This document shows positions 11,565 through 25,376 of a stretch of 64,000 bases of DNA, in pieces. Position numbers and translations under genes: made by a program. Every line of letters begins with the position of its first letter. Positions within the stretch are counted from its first letter, which is position 1. Below the pieces are notes generated by a model. That model was not told where the DNA came from, did not search any database, and worked only from the letters and a program-made list of their open reading frames with translations. Source of the stretch: Trypethelium eluteriae (taxonomy: Eukaryota); the NCBI GenBank assembly GCA_051942245.1, contig JAVECL010000004.1, positions 1-64,000 of the forward strand. The letters run 5' to 3'.

Positions 11565-12567
11565 TCACGTCTCTCTCTCCTGCGTCGCAAGCAAGGTATG
11601 CACAGGAGCATCTAATAGCGCCCTCCCCTTCAAGAAGTCTAGTTCAAGAAGGAACATATACCCCAGCAACACCCCTCCCAGTTGCCTCACCAGCGACCCT
11701 GCCGCCGCCGCCGAACCGCCTGTCGCAATAATGTCGTCCACGATCACTACCTTCTGTCCAGGCTTGATGGCATCAGCCTGAATCTGGAAGAAATCCTCGC
11801 CATATTCCTTCTTGAAGGGCGCGGTCTGTGTCGGCCCGGGCAGCTTTCCCAGCTTCCGCACCGGCACGAACGCTGCGCCCAGCCGTAGCGCGAGACTAGG
11901 TCCAAAGAGAAACCCACGCGCCTCTAAGCCAACGATGACGTCCACGTCGTTTGAGCGAGATAGCGTGGGGTCTGCAGCTTTCCCAGTGAAGCTACGGGAT
12001 TGCGATTGGGGGGTTGAAATTGGTTTGGATGCGTCGTCGTTACTAGATTTGAGGGGACTTGAAAGGGAGGACAGGATTTGTATATGTAGGGCGTGGATGA
12101 GGGCTTCATGTAAGGAGGGATTGGCGAACAGTGGGAGGATATCCTCGAAGAGGATGCCAGGAGAAGGAAAGTCTGGGAATTGTCGGAGGGCAGAGCGAAG
12201 GTTCATCTTAAGACTGGCGAGTTCTGGGCCAAAGATAATCATGTTAGCGCAAATGATGAGCAGTAGTCATAGAGACTGGCCAATCCACGTTAAGGAGATG
12301 ATTAGTGGCGTTTTTTTTTTTTTCAACGTTGAAAAATGAACTATAGTGGGGCGTTGGAAAACCGCGATGGGGCTTACCGGTGGTGCTGGAGGTGGCGGAG
12401 GCGGCGACTCTTCCTTTGGAGGCATCTTGGAGAGTTGGGTCCGGTTTGGTGGGTGGAGGATGGGAGGCTGTGGAGGGTTTGTCGCTTTGTTGAGTCGAGG
12501 GGTGGATGTTCTCAGGATGACCGTGGGGGGGATGGGAAGCGTCAAACGAAACGGGCTGGCCGGACAT
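11565..12567 (-). CDS. APT1: Adenine phosphoribosyltransferase with low-complexity N-terminal exon (intron ~12225-12378)
   Basis: Motifs FPDFPSPGILFEDI, VGLEARGFLFG, VRKLGKLPG, KEYG and PRPP-binding VVIVDDIIATGGS. The gtaagc..gctaac..ccag intron links exon 1 (MSGQPVSF...). Confidence 0.92.
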
Positions 12568-13672
12568 GGCGAGGAAAGAAGAGAAAGGAAAGAGAAGAGA
12601 TTGGGAAAAGGTGAGAGTGCAGTCGGGGGAGCACGAACAGGCAGAAAACAGCAAGGCGTCAACGCGATGCGGTGTGTGTGTACCAATGCTACCAGAGCAG
12701 TGGGGTTGGTGGTGGGAAAAAAGTTCCATTTGGCGTCCCGTTCGACGCGTCCAACTGCCAGCATCCGCCCACTACCTTACAGCCACTACGACCGCCATCC
12801 CCGTCCATCATCCCGGGAAGGCGAGCCCGCTCCTCCTGCGGGCAGGGCTAGCTGCGCCCTTCGCGTGCGCAATCGGCTGGCTCCCTGACCTTCACTTTGG
12901 TGAAAGAGCCCACCGACCCGTGGCCGGCCGCAGAGCGCAGGCATCACCATGGGTGATATCCCCCGGGATGCTGTTGACGTGCCGACGAATCGAGGCAAAG
13001 CTAGTGGCGTTCGATAGGGTCCGAAATCGATAGACCTTCCACTCCTTCGATGCAGCTTCGATGCCGCCCCTCCGGTGTCGTCCAGAATGCCGAATTACCT
13101 AACCTGAGTGATAAGGTTAGCGGCCGTCCGTGGGATGTCGCCGACTCGCAACGACGATGGAAAGTACCTAGCATCAGGACGGATTGCGACCAGACTACTA
13201 CGACTAGAAGCCCGTCTCACACTATCCCTGTGGCTCTCACATGTCAGAGATATCTGAAGAGTAGGTAAGCTTGGATTGATTTGCAGGCCTGGACATTGCC
13301 CGCTGTCGAGGTGCTGCACATGCGATTGCTCACAGGAAAAGACGGTGCGCGTCGAGGCGCAGCTGGGGCCAGCTCATACATGATACTCTACAGCAAAGAT
13401 TTGCACATGCACTGAGCCTTGGTTTTGACTTACATCCTTATCAAAAAGCCTTAGTTCCACGACCTGTGGCCGGACATAAATGTCCAGCGAAGAAAATTTG
13501 CCTCTAAAACCCCCCTATCACCCGATGTCGTCCTCCTTCGTTACTGGATTCTAGAACCCATCTGTCCCATCAAACTTTCCAGATCGACAACTGTGCCACC
13601 GTTGTGCAAACTTTGTAGGCTACCCCGGGACACCTCTAGGCAAAATGCACCTCTATTCCGAAACGCCACCGC

Positions 13673-15926
13673 TCATGCAAAGATAGCAGACCGCGCTCTT
13701 TCCGTTTCCATGGTTGAATTATGGAGATGCTGCGTAACATCCAAGACCGTTACGACATGTTCATGTGTCAATGGGCTCTCCTTCCGGCTCGCGAGCAACT
13801 GTGCCGTTTTTAGCACATTCTTGATCTGCCTTCCATTCATATTCATGAGTGCCAACTGATCGAGCTGTTTGTCCGTAATCGTGTTCTCTTGCTGGGTCTG
13901 GTTGAGGAAATTCTTCCACACCGTCTTGCGTGAATCTATGGAGAGTTCGGGATAATCAAGCGAGATGTGTATTCGGCTTTGAAATGCCGGATCAAAGGTG
14001 TTGACACGGTTAGTAGTGAGGAACATGATGCCTTCGTAATACTCTAGGATTCGGAGAAAGATGCTGACGAGCTTGTTCCGTTCGAGTTCGTGGAGAGATC
14101 GCTGCTCGAGGAAGACATCGGCTTCGTCAAGGAGGAGAATAGCATTCCAACGTGTACACATTTCGAGAATGCTTTGTAGCTTAGATTCAACATTACGGGG
14201 ATCAAGTCCAAGGTCGCCGGCGCTCATCATGAAGAGTGGCACCTTCATTTCTTCCGCCACTGACTCGGCTGTCAATGTCTTGCCCACCCCTGGTGGACCA
14301 CAAAGCAACAGGATGATACCTTTGCCTTTGCCTTCAATGACATCGTCAAATGTCTGGCGGTGTTTGGACTGGGTTTCGGTGAAGCCAAGGATTAGTTCTT
14401 TCTGCTTGGAGGGCAGTACCAGGCTATCAAAAGCGCCACCACTCCAAGTGACCTCTTGGATGGCATTGACAAAAAGGTTTACTGTACAATGTCAGCAGGG
14501 GATCTTGGTGTACGCTTTCTCTGAGAGAAGTCAACAAGGAAGAAAATCTCATACACCAAAGCTTTTCCTTCAGAGAGTAACCTCTCACTAGATGAGTGGC
14601 AATGAGCTTCTGCTCGGTCGACAAAGGAGGAAATTTCTGCTCCTCTTCATCATCCGCGAAAGCCCCATCTACCGGCATGCCACCATCGCACTCATCATAG
14701 CCGCCTTCGTAATCATCATCTGGTGACTCGTCGTCGTATGAGTTCCGATTACTGGTGGCCTGCTCTTTTTGCGTAAAAGGGGCCACATAGACACCATTGT
14801 TTGCATTGAAGCGATTCCACCCATAGGTATCTACAATTACACGACCCTTGATGGCATACTTGTCTTTTTCGCCGAAACTGCCTTGTTTCCAGCCAATGCC
14901 ATTGTATCCTTTGTAGTGCGAGCCGGCAAGAGATTCGAATTTGGTGCCACGACTCACGAGGCGCTCGGAGAGCTCTTTTGTATTTCGGTGAAATGAAAAT
15001 GGAAATGCGGATAGTGAGGTGATGGTTCGAGTGCCCGCATAAGAGTGGATGGAAAGGTTCAGCTTGATCGTACCAAATTTGGATCCATCGAAGTCGACGT
15101 ACTTGCACGTCAGCCAGAAAACAGGATTTCCATGCCGATCCTCGCCGTATTTTGAGCTGTGGAGTTTGAATACCCGATCTTGATTTTCCTGGCGCGTGTA
15201 GATCAACGAGCCAGGTTGGAAAAGTGTCCACAGAAGATCGAAGGTCATGACACCCTTCGCCTTCATGTCTTGGCTGACTTCAACGACATCCTGAAACTCC
15301 TTCACTAGGATTTTCTGCAAGAGTTCTGCATGCTCACGCGTGGTGGTGTCTTTCTTGGACTGCAAGTTTGCGTCGTGAGGCGTTTGAAGTTCTTCAATCT
15401 TTCCCTTGAATTCCGACCAGCGATGGATGATTGGCTCGAACCTTCCGCCGAACTCGAGGCGATCCAGCTCTACTGTGACTCCCGGGTACCCTTGAAGAAC
15501 CTCCCCCAGTAAGCTCTTTAGGAGTGGGCTCTGGACCACGATAGAATGGATCTTGAGGACGCGACGAGGGTCATTGTAGGCCTTGACGTTTCGGACCAGC
15601 AGAGCCCACTTTGCGCTCTCCGCATCCTCAACAACTGTACCAAGGTCGTCTGGTGGAGTATCCTGCCACTGAAATCTGCCACGTTTGTCTTCTTTCCCTG
15701 AGTATAGATTTTTGTAGCCACATTGCATTCCAATTTCTGCATCCTTCAGAGTAATGCTGCTCTTTTCCCCATCTGGGAGAGCTACAAGCGGCGCCTCTTC
15801 ATCTTGGACCGATGGGACGATATCGCTGGTCAGCCCTCCGAGTCCATTGCTTAAGTGTTTCGGTGGTATCATAATCGTAGGTTCATCGAGTCCTTTGTCT
15901 GAACTGTTAACGGCTCCAGGTGCCAT
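13673..15926 (-). CDS. Fungal AAA+ ATPase with long N-terminal domain (one intron ~14486-14553)
   Basis: Walker A GPPGVGKT, Walker B LLLDEAD, FLTTNR and SRIH arginine finger, NGRQIKN. The upstream 500-aa ORF joins at KEKLW|. Confidence 0.9.
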
Positions 15927-17534
15927 CTTTGCTGATTTCAAAGGTCTGTTGTAATTTGGTGGAGGACGGAGTGGAAATGGATGCAGAAGTAGAAGAGTTG
16001 ATAGTTATCTCGGCTGCTGAGCGCACCATTCAAACACGCCAGGTAATGATATGTATATGGGTAATGTACCTAGTGAGAATGGAAACTCGTGACACACTTT
16101 GAAGCCACCAAGCAACGAAGCTTCGGTACTTCCGATAAATCACCAAAGTATGTGATTCTCACAGTCGGAGATTGTAAGGAATGACACGGAGCAGAAGAAA
16201 GATGGAAAGGCAAACCTTTTATTCATGACGTGGGCCATAGCCCTGCTGCCTAAGTAACTCAGAGCATCGCAGGAAATCGAGTGAGCCACGACAGTTGTGA
16301 CAAGGCTGCAGTGTGGCTGACTCAAAGCGATGCAGTGTGCAGTGCTGCAACGAATTGCAGCCGTCCAGTGAAGCCTAAAGCTTCATGCTCGATGATCGGC
16401 ATGGCAGTGTCGGAGCGAACTCGCACGTTCGCTGCTAAGCTCTTCTTGATGCGAAAGGATGGAGAAAGCATCTTCAGGCGAGCAATCATCGCGCGGGAGA
16501 GGAGCTTTTGGAGAGGTGGGAGGCAGTGGTGGCAGCGTGGTGGAGCTGCTGCCTTGACGTCTGCCTGGCGCTAGTCATTATCTGGCGTGTCTGGCCCGGG
16601 CACAAGGAAGGTGGGCGAGGAATTGACTCCTACGTACCTACCTATATGACACAGGTTTGTGAGCTGACAAGCTATTTCGACATAGAATAACATTCCCAGC
16701 CCTAAGGTACTCCATACAAGCCACGAGATCCCTGCGAAACTTCGGCCACCTCCTTTGACTCGTACCCTCGCATGGGTAGCGGCCGATGACGGCGCCGACG
16801 ATATGACAGTACGGTACACTAAAGTAAGGTATGTATGGTAACGTTGACACGATCAGGACAAACCGATGCAGTTCCGAAGGTCCATATACATTACTTGCCC
16901 CTACCTCAAGTAAGGTATGTGCCCCATTAGTGTGATGCGTCTAGTATCTCATCGCACAATGGCATTGTCACGGCTTGCTATAACAAGCAAGGCATTAGCC
17001 AGATTCTACTTTGTTTCCATAGAGGTAGATAATCTGTTGTAGATAGACTGAGCGAAGCTATTGCTCTTCACTCAAAAATGCAGCTACCTTTGTTAACATA
17101 GCGGGAGAGTTCATCAGTGTATATCACATTTTACAAATCTTCCTGGACGGAGGACTCTAGCTCCATGACGTGAGTAAGACAGCCTCAGGAAGCTGAAGCG
17201 CCTTTCTAGCAATGGTGTTTCCTCAGCCTGGATTAAATGTGACTGGCTCTATTCCTCGCTTAGCACTAGGTGGAGAGCTCACGACGCTCAAATTACAGCG
17301 AACCAGGATATACTTCGACAGAATCATGCGAGGCATGTTCGGATGAAGTTCCTTACTGACTTCGAACACATTGGAATCCCTTTGGAGACAACTACGAGAA
17401 ATGCCTACCTTCGAAGAGCGTACACCACACGTTGGATGAACAAATACTCGTCGAATCAGTTGCCAAAGCTCAGAAAAGCATGAATATAATTGGGAAAGAC
17501 CGCAATCAAGACAGCAAGATCTACAATTCCTGTA

Positions 17535-17554
17535 CTTTGCTGTATACAGCAAAG
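17535..17554. repeat. Perfect 20-bp palindrome
   Basis: CTTTGCTGTATACAGCAAAG equals its own reverse complement; GCTGTATACA is repeated immediately after it. Confidence 0.9.
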
Positions 17555-17839
17555 GCTGTATACATCAGTTCCTTCATGCATAAACGTGGAGTGAGGTCGC
17601 TATTCTTGGTGCTCTTCCTCGTTTTCCTGGTATAAGATAGTCTGAGGGATTTTGCGAACAAATTTAGCGATTGTACGACCACAACTAGTAGTGGCTGAGT
17701 ATAGTCTTGAATGCGGCTGTAGTCTTCTCCACGACCATATCCAGGCTCGGTTCAAAGCACGCCGGTGCGAATACAATTGCGAAAAGCTCCCAGAGTGTAA
17801 TCTCTACCTACCTATCCGTAGGCGATGACGGAGTCCAAC

Positions 17840-19110
17840 TTAGTCTTCTTTTAGCCGCGCTTCAATGATAGCGCTCATCCTCCCATCAAGCCCATGGATT
17901 TTCTCAATCACAAAATGCTCGCTTTGCAAGAGATCATCCCATTGTTTGACGCTGCGTTCCTTGCCCGCAATGACAAGCATGTTGATATCGCGCAATGCGT
18001 CTCTTGCAATAGGTTGTTCATCCTGAAGCACGGTCTCACACAAAAGGAGTCTGGAGTCGTGACCGCGCATAGCAGGCTTCATGTTCCGTAGGATCGTTCG
18101 ACAGGAGTCGTCAGGCCAATCATGAAAGATGGACTTCAGGAAGTACGCCTTCGCGCCTAGAATTATGCTGTGTTAAATTCATCCACTGCTATTTCCAAGA
18201 AAGACTTACCCTCAACCGGCTGCACTTCCTCGAAAAAGTTGTAAGGACACAGCTCTACCTCATCCTCGCCCAACAGTGTTCCCTCATCCAAGACATACTT
18301 CAGGTCTTGCAATACCATCGTCCCCTTCATATCCGGGTAGGTCCTCCGTATCTCCTGCAATGCTTGTCCTCTCCCACCTCCCACATCAACCAAAACTGTC
18401 TTTCCCTCCTCGCCAAGTTCCCAAAACGGGTAAGTCGTTGCGGCCACATGAGCTCCAATTGCGTTTGTCGCCCCCATACCCATATTGAATGCGGTCAACC
18501 GCTCCGGGTCCCTCGTCAGCGTCTCAAAGAAAGACATATCCTTGTAACCCCTTGCGAAGGCCGCAGGTGAGTTCTTAGCATCGGTCGGGGAATCGTACCC
18601 GTGTTCCGCGAAATATGGTCCGAAATATGTCATGCCATGTGTCATTGTGTCAAATATGTGGATGAAGAGGGCCTGAGCAGTGGGGACCGTGAGGACGAGT
18701 TTTGAGACTGTCGAATGTGCATAGGCTCCGGGCGAGGGGGACTCAATCAGATGGTTGGTGACAAGGGCGCGTGCGATGCGCAGGGTGAAGTCGGAGGTAG
18801 AATTGCATTGAGAGGCGAGAGCAGGGAGAGGAATGGATTGGGAGAGATCGGAGGGGAGGTTGTCGAAGAGCTTCATGCCGATGGCGATACGGATGGCACC
18901 ATTGATATGGGCTTGAAAGGCGAGGTTGAAGAGACGGTCCATTGGACCAGTAGCTGCAAGGTTGAGAGCTTGCGTCGCGGAGATGATTTTCTGAAGGCCA
19001 TTTGGGCTAGGCGAAGAACCGTATTCAGCGGTTGATTTGGATATTTCGGCGGCTAGGGAGGTGAGATAGTCAGCCGAAGGTTGGAAGGGCGGAGGGCCTG
19101 GTGGAGGCAT
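17840..19110 (-). CDS. SAM-dependent O-methyltransferase (Methyltransf_2 type, winged-helix N-domain); intron ~18158-18209
   Basis: VLVDVGGGRG SAM motif, LQDL, NFFEEVQPVEG-AKAYFLKSIFHDWPD, ERSVKQW. Confidence 0.92.
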
Positions 19111-20666
19111 GTTGCAATGTCGACGTCCTGACTTGTCTGGATTTTGGTCGTACGACGAAAGATTTTCTGGGCTTGAATCGTCAAGCTAGAGCTAGATTCC
19201 GCAAGTGTTTGGAGCTGTTGATCCGGATGTAATCAAATGTTCGACTGCAATGAGAAATCCTGGCATTAAATACCAACGATGAAGACATGTCAGATGAGCA
19301 AGGTAACTGGGAGAGCATCGAGCTCCCCCAGCGCCTTGATAGACGCACATTGACATGACAGGAAACGATAGGAGGCGTGGGGCGGTTCAACTCCATGCTG
19401 TGGAAGCTAACTGTATTCCCACCTTCCGGTCAGCATCCGTGCATCGATTTATCATCCGATATTTCCTTTCACGCCTTAGTCCGCACCTAACTACTGTGCC
19501 ACTCTTGGAAAAGACTCCACATGAACATACCTAACTGTACAAATGCGATAGAGCTTACTCGGAGGACCTCAGGTGCTCAGACCATCGTCTCCACACGGCA
19601 CGCAACAGACGGGACTTAATACTCCTAAGGAGATCTGAGTCATTGACAAGAAGTGAGTCAGAATCGGAATTATCTGAATTCCTCTCGCCGATCAAGAAGA
19701 TTCCTGGCCATGGTCGAATATGGGATTGCAGAAACACATATACGAAAGTGCCTCCGAATCTCCAGGGCTTGCTAAGATTCATAGGCCAACATAGCTCAGC
19801 ACAAATACTGATTTGACCAATATTTCTAGCCTTAGTAAAAATTCAAGAAACGTCAGCTTTTGACTAATAATGGAACAAATCAAATACAAGGCTGAAGTAA
19901 AGAAGGTTGGATCAGAAAAAAAAGGCTCCTGTTCTGGTACACATGATCCGATTTCTACTTCGTACGGAGTATCTATCGTACAGGCCGGCCAATCTTCCAC
20001 CACAATCTGGGCTGCTCGATGACTTATGCATTCCTTCACTCCCCCGGTGCATCCGCCAACCTGCTTACGAAGCAAAGCCAGAGCTCCGATGATTGGTCTC
20101 TGACTTCATTGCTTGCGAAAGCAGTAGCGTCCAGGTCCAGGATATGGTATCGTAAGTGCAACGTTGGCAAAGGGCTTCAAAGTATAGTGTATCTGCAGCT
20201 ACTATTTAGCGCCGCAAAGATTAGGATGTTTCGATCTTTCCAGAGAACCAATCTCGTGGAAGTTTGCGCTTGGAAACTGATTAAGTCAATATCCTTCGTG
20301 GAGAAAAATGTGGAGGCAGGTGGCCTGTAACTGCGGTGCTGTAGCATCGATCGAATAGGAAGGAGTTCAAGACATCCATTTCTTACACTTTGCGGTTGTA
20401 TCTCTAATGCAAAGCCACTTAATAACCATGGCATATGCTTAGAATGAGAGCTGCAAGGAAGGCATATTTCTTCCAGCCCAACATCAATATTCTGCGCTGG
20501 CTATCGCAAGCACCCTCATGGTGTACCGCACATTCTTTCCATATCTTATGTACTCGCCTTTCTCATTGGTATATTGATACAAATTCACTTCCACAACGTT
20601 GATCTAGTTCTTATATAATGAACTCTCCACTAGTCAACAAACACCTTTCCCTTGGAAGTCATCATA

Positions 20667-22383
20667 CTATAGCTCTTCGATACGACCCAAAAGCCACTGC
20701 AGATGGCGATAACTCGATCTTGGCTGGAATTGAGGCTGCATGTGTCCGGATTGGTATGTCTCCGCCCACATCAAACCGCGCTCAAAATGTTGGGTACCCA
20801 TGATGCCCTGACGGGGCCCGTCATATCCACTCATACCACTTGCATCAAAGACGGCTTGATACTGTAGATCAGGCAGTTGGATGTCAATAGGTGTAGTAGG
20901 CTTGGTCTGGAATCCAAGCTTTCCATTCCAGGTCATATTTTGGATGCTAAGAAGCGTCCCGTTCGTGATAATTTCCATATCATAGTCTCCGTTGGCAACA
21001 AGCACACGGTTCGTCGCTTCGATGACCTGGGGCAGCACCTTTTGGATAGGATCGAGCGAATAGTCGCCGAGTTCATACACACCGCCATCTCCCTTGAAGA
21101 CCGGACCGGAGCATTCGGACCAGCTGACATTGAGAGGCGCATGCATGGCCATCTTGACGTCGGTACGATTGAAATAGATACCACCCATGCTGGGGTATTG
21201 GTATTCGAGGTCACCAGGGTAGGCGAGCGGATCGGACTGTATTGGGCACATTGTGCTGATTTCATATACATTGAAACAAGGGTTTGGCTGACTGGCCGCC
21301 TCATACACAAGGTTCCAAACATCGCAGTTGACTCCTGAAATATTGGCAGTAGAATACAGTGTGTTGAGTACTGGCTGCTGGGCTGGTGGCGGGAACGTCA
21401 GGAAATAGTTCGTGTAATTGGCATATCCACAAGCTTCGTGGGCTAGCGCAAGTTCTGCCATAAGCGTATCGTTAAGATTGAAGAAGTTGGCATGATTCTG
21501 CACGTAGGGAACCGTTGGGACGACCTGGCCAACGTACTCGTATTGCCCTATGACCGGATCGTACATGAGAGCCCCGGAAAGATCGAATTTGGAGGTGTCA
21601 TTCCTGTCTAACATTGCAGCAGAAACGTATGGCACGTATCGTCCAGCATAAGACTCTCCGGTCACGTAGATTTTAAAGTTGGTGATGCCAAAGGTATCCA
21701 GAAAGTTTTCGAAGAAGCCGAGAAAGTCTTGAGCAGTCTCTTCCTCCGAAGTAGCCGTGACGCTGCCGGTAGAAAATCCGAGGCCCACGGGATACTCAAC
21801 CCTGCATCTCCTGTGAGCACTACCAAGACGAATTTTGTAAATTTAGAAGTTCCATACCAGAGGACATTAGTCAAATTCACCCATGTGTAAGGGTTCTCAA
21901 CCGCGGAGTACATGCCCCATCCCCAAATAAACCGTCCGTTTTCTTGCAGAAAGGCTTCAAGAGAACTACATCCAGGACCACCGTTGAACCAGATTGTTAC
22001 CTCATCTACAGGCTCTCCGATTGTTGGCTCGAAGACAAAAAACATGTTGCGGGAGCTATCATTCCCGATTTGTATCTGACCACTGTATATTTCGCCAACG
22101 TCATAGTCTATGCTGGGTAGGGAATGCACGAAGTATTCTGCGGACGTTCTCAGTACTTGGACTCTGGCCGCCTTTGCGAGCGTTGATTCTCACCAGCTGT
22201 CTTCTCATTGTAGAATCGGTAAGATGAGTTTGACCGAGCGTAGATTTCAGATTTGGCTGTCAATCCAACAGTCCTCTCCTGAAATGCTCGAGCGCGTTGC
22301 GCCATGTTCTGACGTGCAAACACGTGAGGCCCTTGCACTAGGCACAAAGCAATTGTGCCAAGAATTCCAAAGAAGTTCATCAT
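20667..22383 (-). CDS. Secreted serine carboxypeptidase (peptidase S10), 3 exons
   Basis: Signal peptide MMNFFGILGTIALCLVQG; motifs WFNGGPGCSS, GESYAG (Ser), NGDYD (Asp), SGHMQP (His). Confidence 0.94.
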
Positions 22384-23254
22384 CTTCACAGACACAAGAT
22401 TTGAGACAACCGAATTCTTGAGTCACGCGAATACCCTTCTAGTTTTCACTGGAAGAGAGCGAGTTCGCGAAAGATTCGTTTCATATATGAATCCATAATC
22501 GTCGCGCAGAGCCGCTGACGACGATATGCAGGCTGGTGGAGACATCCCAGAGATAAGCTATGCCAGATTGTGGACATTAGCAACCAAACTTGACGTCGTG
22601 ACCGCTGTCGCGGTAGGATCAGGCTACAGCGGAAAAAGAAGGTGGAGAGGCGTGAAAGGCGCGGAGTACGGAGTACGGTACACCGCGAAAGCACCGATAG
22701 CTAGCCCAGAATATCATTAGGGCGAGCCCAAAAAATTAAGACGAGAATAATAAGACCTCTGCCACTTGTTAACGGAACGGAAAAATTCTCTCAGGGCTTC
22801 ATAATGAGGGCCGGTCGAAAGAATCCTAATAATTTGTATTAGCCCTGAGATGCACACCGGTAGTGTTCCTTTAGGGAAGCTCTCATAAGAGTCCATCGCA
22901 ACCCTCAAAGGCTAGCTAACGGGGCAAGGAATCGGACACCCAGAAGTGAGGGCAAGCTGGTTTCCCATTGTCATGAGAAGTCTGGAGAAAGGAGATGAAG
23001 TCGACAAGGGGGGCAATAAGTATACGGTAATTACTTTTAGGATTATTATGATTATAAGCGGTAGATGAAAGAAATGGCATGGGCCCCCCAGACGTGGGCT
23101 AATAAGGTTAGCGACTTCCCATCGGCCTTACGGTCCCAGCTGAGCCACTGGGCTCCATCATAATTGGAACGATCCTGCGCCAGACGACATGCCAAAATGT
23201 GGAGAGTAGCAAGATGCTGCGAAACGTCCGTGACTTAAGTAGGAAGGGTTCATC

Positions 23255-25376
23255 ATGCCGGACTCCCACGGAGAGACAAGATTGCCGGAAAATGCGCCCA
23301 TGTACAGGGCCTGCGAACATTGTCGATTGCACAAGCAGCGTTGCATACCGGACGATGCCTCGATTTCTGGACATTGCCAACGATGCACACGAGCAGGTCG
23401 TGTCTGCACGTTCAGTTCCCGTCCAGATAGGAAGCCTCGCAAAAGAACGGATGCTCGAGTCGCCGAATTGGAACGGGAAGTTCAAGCCATGAGAGCGATA
23501 ATAAGAGCCCAGAGCAACCCCCCAGAGAATTCGTTGGATCAAGATAGACCTGAAGCCTCATCACGTTCGTCTGACTCGGGCATGGCTACGCGATTTACTA
23601 GCGAACCGAGAATACCATCACCGAAACTATTGCCTGGATTGGGAGATGCTCTACCACCTACCATTCGCACTTGGGAGGTGGAAAATCCGGCTTGGCAACG
23701 GTCTGCATCATCAAGCGTCCAAATGAATAATATACAGGAGCCCTGGCTGTCTTCCTCTCTGCCTCCTGGAGACATTATTGAACGAGGCCTTGTATCCGAG
23801 CTTGTGGCCAAACAGCTGATGGAAATATACGTCAATGATCTGTCTCCTCACTATCCTATTCTACACATCCCTGCAAACATAGATATGCAACAATTCAGGC
23901 GCTCCAAGCCGACACTGTTTCTTGCCGTTATTGCTGCCGCCGCTGCGAATACTAATCCTAATCTGTACAGTGCGTTGAGCTCCGAGATCTTGCAGGCGTA
24001 CGCGATCAAGATTGTAATGAATAGCGAAAAGACTGTGGAATTGGTGCAGGCGCTGAGCACCTCAGCAGTTTGGTGTTTTCCGGCTAATCACTTCAGTCGT
24101 CTGCAGTTCTATCAGCATATTCACATGGCAGCCACGATGGCCTTGGATATTGGTCTGGGATCCAGACCGCTGCAATCGTCGAAACTCTTGGATTTGGATC
24201 GTCAAAACACTTTTCGTGCAGAGAGCGCAAGGACGTTTATGGTATGCTACCTCAGTTGTTCGCTGTGAGTGAGCTACGTTCGCCAGTCATTGTGCTCACC
24301 TCCTGATGTGCCACAGAGTCTCAGTGAGCATGCGACGGCCGAACATGCTGCGTTACACTGACTGGATTGAGGACTGTGTTCGCGAGTTGGAAGCTGCGGC
24401 CAACGGTTGTGCCCAGGATCTAGCTCTGGCTGCCTGGGTGAGATTGTATCGCATTGCTGAAGAAATTGCTGTTTCTTTCAATTATGATGACCCTTCTCAG
24501 GCAATGGCTATCGAAGATGCTAAGCTAAGGCTCTTGTTGAAAGGATTTATGAAGCAGCTGCAGAACTGGGAATCCGACACAGGGCCAAGTCTCCTTCACG
24601 GTGTGTGCAATCTGAGCAGGACGGATGTTTGCATAGCTGATTTTATCGTAGGGGCCCTCGACATCATGTATAGCTCAGTGAAGATCTTTTTACACGAAAT
24701 TCTGCTGTGCAATGATCATCCCCCTGGGGATTTTCGACCACCGCATCCGACAGAAACTCTGCGAATAGTCCGTTCCGACACCCACCCAGTGCCATTTCCG
24801 GAAGGACTTGCAGCGATGATCTCGTCATCCCAAGCGCTTCTCCTGACATTCATCGGCTTGGACGTGAGACAAGCTCGATCACTACCGTCGACGCTATTTG
24901 TGCGCGTCCGATATGCTATCTACATTCTATGCAAGCTTTTCGTTTCTGTACAGGACCCTAGCAGCCTGATCGGTCGTTTAATTGACCCAGAGAGTCTTAA
25001 TTTGGAGTACTTCCTCCGACAAACTAGGGCGAAGTTGCAGGCTGCAGCTGAGCCGCCGGGCTGGAACGTCCCTAGCCTCTTCCTTGGTCTTCTTCAGAAG
25101 TTTCATGTCTGGTACATGCACCAGATTGGACAAAGTGCCAGTGCACAGATTTCTGTAGGTGAGCCGGCGCAGAGTTTCGACCATCCCTTATCACAATCTC
25201 AGAACCAGGGACCGGATCAGTCAGACCCAACACAGATGGATTGCGTTACCGTTCCAGACAATTATCCGCCCTTCGGGGATTCTCACATTGGACATGGAAA
25301 CACGACCGAAGAATTGGATCTCTTTGGTGATCAACAGATTGCTGTCGACTGGGACTGGAATCTAGATTCGTTGTAG
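23255..25376 (+). CDS. Zn2Cys6 transcription factor with fungal-specific middle homology region
   Basis: ACEHCRLHKQRC...CQRCTRAGRVC; MHR motifs HMAATMALDIGL and RTFMVCY..S-VSVSMRRP. Introns ~24265-24316 and probably 24601-24651. Confidence 0.92.

Noticed and set aside
19555..20434. Three short minus-strand ORFs between the O-methyltransferase and the carboxypeptidase
   Set aside because: I found no convincing splice path or family motif; a decayed gene cannot be supported without BLASTX.
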